From assembly GCF_003334385.1 (NCBI RefSeq), contig NZ_QOWN01000001.1: DNA of 64,000 nucleotides; one strand, given 5' to 3'. Origin of the DNA: Escherichia coli. Its GTDB lineage: Bacteria; Pseudomonadota; Gammaproteobacteria; Enterobacterales; Enterobacteriaceae. This document shows positions 61,586-64,000 of the stretch, piece after piece. Made by a program: the position numbers and the translations under genes. How positions within the stretch are numbered: the first letter of the stretch is position 1; each line of letters opens with the position of its first letter. The notes under the pieces are model-generated. The model saw only the letters and a program-made list of their open reading frames with translations. It was not told the DNA's origin and made no database searches.

Positions 61586-62566
61586 CTATCTTATATCACT
61601 GGGTTTTTCTGGCGTACCTTGCATATTAGAAATGGGGTGCCCAGATGGCCCATATGTTATCCAATTACCAAGGTCTTTTGTTGTTATAGCCATTAGATCC
61701 TTATTTGAATTAAGGTTCGTTGGTGCTGTTAGCACTGTATCCATTTTTAACTTACCATTAGTTCCTCGCCCCCACCACGTCCATAGCGTGTCAGGTCCTA
61801 TTACATTTGTATGTAACTCTTTAGCTAATTGGCTAGCAAATGAATTTTGTCCTTTACCTGTATTACAAGAAAATAACCAAACTGTCATCCCATCTTTATA
61901 ATTCCCATCAAATTTAATTAGATATGCTAGATCTTTAGCTGTCATGATACTGCGCGTTGCGGATTCAATAGATGTGGGGGTACCATGCCCCCCGATTGTG
62001 AAAACGCCTGGGATATTAATCTCATCAGCTACAGAATGGATAAGATCACTTTCGGGGTATAAATTTATATCAACCAAACCTTGCGGATCTACATTTATGA
62101 CCGGATTCAACGGATACTGATAAAAATTCCATCCCCCCTTCAGTCCAATCGGATCCTGAGTGATATACCGCCCCAGCAGCGGGTCATAATAGCGGTGGCG
62201 GTTGTAATACAGGCCGGACTCCTCATCATACTGCTGACCCGGCAGGCGAATGAGCTGCTGCAGATGATGCGGGTTCTCATCACTCAGCAGGTTGCCCCAT
62301 TCATCATATTCTGCGCACCACGCTGTTGCCCCTTCCGTGCTGATGAGCGCCAGCGGCAGGCCGCGATGGTCGCAGTGGTACAGGTGGATTTTTCGCGCCG
62401 GCGTGTACACCGGGTCCATCTGGTTTTGCATCTGCTCCACGGTCAGGCCGCACGATGCCAGCCAGCGGCGGCTTTCCTCACTCACCCGGTCAGCCAGGAT
62501 TTCACTTTCCAGCCGGTCGAGCATCTGCACCGTGCCGGCGGGAATCCCCCACTGTGCATAGGCAAC
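61586..62566 (-). CDS. yibJ: Orphan Rhs fragment: last ~150 aa of Rhs core plus a distinct ~160-aa C-terminal toxin domain
   Basis: Frame open from 62566 (6 bp after yibA stop) with no N-terminal region; contains [57 protein letters not shown] then an unrelated tail; ORF track shows it from GTG 62530 (314 aa). Confidence 0.8.
   Translation of the reverse strand, partial: VAYAQWGIPAGTVQMLDRLESEILADRVSEESRRWLASCGLTVEQMQNQMDPVYTPARKIHLYHCDHRGLPLALISTEGATAWCAEYDEWGNLLSDENPHHLQQLIRLPGQQYDEESGLYYNRHRYYDPLLGRYITQDPIGLKGGWNFYQYPLNPVINVDPQGLVDINLYPESDLIHSVADEINIPGVFTIGGHGTPTSIESATRSIMTAKDLAYLIKFDGNYKDGMTVWLFSCNTGKGQNSFASQLAKELHTNVIGPDTLWTWWGRGTNGKLKMDTVLTAPTNLNSNKDLMAITTKDLGNWITYGPSGHPISNMQGTPEKPSDIR
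62103..62250. repeat. Rhs core 3'-end repeat, copy within yibJ
   Basis: Near-identical to 63856-64000 (GGATTCAACGGATACTGATAAAAATTCCATCCCCCCTTCAG...). Confidence 0.85.
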
Positions 62567-62571
62567 TCACG

Positions 62572-63414
62572 CTATGAACGCTTCAGCTTATCAATAGCGG
62601 AAGTTATAATTTCATTGTCATCAAACTTGTACAACATAGTATCTAAAACAGGAAGTAGCGTTTTATCACCTAATTCACCCGCAGCTTCAATGATATCATC
62701 ATAAACAGTATTTTTTTTTAACTCATCGCATAAAACAGATAAAACCCTTTTATCTTTTCTGTAGGAAAGTCCGATTATTGCTTCAATACGGACTTCCTCA
62801 TTTTTATCCTGAAGCATCTCCACAAAACAATCCCTAATATCACTATTATCATATTTATTGATATTTATTGCAAATGCGGCCCAGTTTCTGACATCTCCAT
62901 TTGGATCTTTTAACAGATTAATCAATAGTGGAATTGTTGCTTTATCATTGATAACAGAAATAGCAAATGCTGTAGCACGTCTGACATTAGTCGATTTATC
63001 AAAAGCAGTAATTTGAGATTGTTCTACTATTTTAGGTGAATAAATTGGGTTTTTCTTGCATCGCTGAGCCGTTGACTCGATTGCCGTAGCTCGAACGCAA
63101 GCGCTCTTATCATTCAATGCCATATTGTTCAAAATATTAAAAACATTATCTTCGCATTTTTTGCAAATTTTTATTTGCCCGAGTATAAATGCTCCGATAT
63201 CTCTACGGATATAATTTTTATCAGAGCAGAACTCAATTGCCAATCTAACAGCGTCTTGCCCACCTCTTAACTGTAATACTCTGGCAGATGAAATCCTTTT
63301 CAAGGAATTGTGATCATCAAGTAAGCGAAATAATTCATCATCATTTAGTTTCTTACATTGATTATATAAACCATACTCTTTACTTGCCTTTCTTTTCTGG
63401 TATGTATTTGACAT
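62572..63414 (-). CDS. yibA: HEAT-repeat protein YibA; putative immunity protein for the RhsA C-terminal domain
   Basis: ORF track frame to GTG 63429; start at ATG 63412-63414 (MSNTYQKRKASKEYG..., 280 aa) with GGAGG 8 nt upstream; begins 20 bp after rhsA stop. Confidence 0.9.
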   Translation of the reverse strand: MSNTYQKRKASKEYGLYNQCKKLNDDELFRLLDDHNSLKRISSARVLQLRGGQDAVRLAIEFCSDKNYIRRDIGAFILGQIKICKKCEDNVFNILNNMALNDKSACVRATAIESTAQRCKKNPIYSPKIVEQSQITAFDKSTNVRRATAFAISVINDKATIPLLINLLKDPNGDVRNWAAFAININKYDNSDIRDCFVEMLQDKNEEVRIEAIIGLSYRKDKRVLSVLCDELKKNTVYDDIIEAAGELGDKTLLPVLDTMLYKFDDNEIITSAIDKLKRS

Positions 63415-63434
63415 TGCAGGAACCTCCACAAGGG

Positions 63435-64000
63435 CTATCTTTTTTTATCGTTTGACTGTCTGGAGTGACGACAATTCCAGGCTTTCTGTGTGCTTTTTGC
63501 ATCTTTAGCACTAATATCACCACAATCAATTAGTTCCTGAAGTACGTCACATCTGTCGGGTTTTTTCCCATCACTCCAGAATCTGTCATTTATTATGTCA
63601 TTGACACGATCAGTTATCCCTGTGTCTGCAACATTTCCACGAGAAGCTATCATTGTTATATCTAATGCTAGTCCCGGATTATTCAATATTAGAGAGTCAA
63701 ATATTCTTTGTGATGCTGTATCGTTCCACCATTTTGTCAATGCTTTTGCAGCATTATCATCTGCTTGCTGCTGTGCAGGGCTTTTGGGCCATGGAATTGG
63801 CAAGGGGAATGGTCTAGGAAAAACTTCTAACCCCAGAGGATCTGTATTCGTAACTGGATTCAACGGATACTGATAAAAATTCCATCCCCCCTTCAGCCCA
63901 ATCGGATCCTGAGTGATATACCGCCCCTGCAGCGGGTCATAATAGCGGTGGCGGTTGTAATACAGGCCGGACTCCTCATCATACTGCTGCCCCGGCAGGC
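63435..64000 (-). CDS. rhsA: RhsA 3' end: end of core including the DPxGL boundary plus variable C-terminal domain; 5' part beyond window end
   Basis: Frame open to window edge; my translation of 63864-64000 gives [57 protein letters not shown], continuing into [14 protein letters not shown]...; stop TAG at 63435. Confidence 0.9.
   Translation of the reverse strand, partial: LPGQQYDEESGLYYNRHRYYDPLQGRYITQDPIGLKGGWNFYQYPLNPVTNTDPLGLEVFPRPFPLPIPWPKSPAQQQADDNAAKALTKWWNDTASQRIFDSLILNNPGLALDITMIASRGNVADTGITDRVNDIINDRFWSDGKKPDRCDVLQELIDCGDISAKDAKSTQKAWNCRHSRQSNDKKR
63856..64000. repeat. Rhs core 3'-end repeat, copy in rhsA proper
   Basis: Near-identical to 62103-62250 and related to the decayed copy at 60951-61110. 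Confidence 0.85.

Overview
This window reads as a contiguous enterobacterial chromosomal segment that matches, gene for gene, the Escherichia coli K-12 region running from xanP/gltS through the spoT operon, the rph-pyrE-dut-coaBC block, the complete K-12-type waa LPS core cluster, kbl-tdh, the envC-gpmM and secB-gpsA-cysE blocks, lldPRD and mtlADR, to the 3' end of the rhsA element (window is in reverse orientation relative to the usual K-12 map, as recalled). Gene calls rest on the supplied six-frame translations, with start codons refined to internal Met/GTG/TTG where the N-terminus of the known protein is recognisable; no search was run. Most of the window is ordinary core genome. The only clearly accessory part is 59.5-64 kb: the tail of rhsA followed by three successive Rhs core-end repeats, each preceding a distinct C-terminal toxin domain and a small downstream partner ORF (yibA, yibJ/yibG, and a decayed third cassette). 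I found no CRISPR array, tRNA, rRNA, IS element or integrase, and no evidence of an insertion carrying a novel system; the Rhs orphan toxin/immunity modules are the least characterised content. Other points worth a second look are an intact (rph+) RNase PH gene with its pyrE attenuator, a signal-peptide-like N-terminus on LigB, the AT-rich central waa genes, a cluster of CRP half-site palindromes upstream of mtlA, and a GC-rich palindromic repeat family at two loci.
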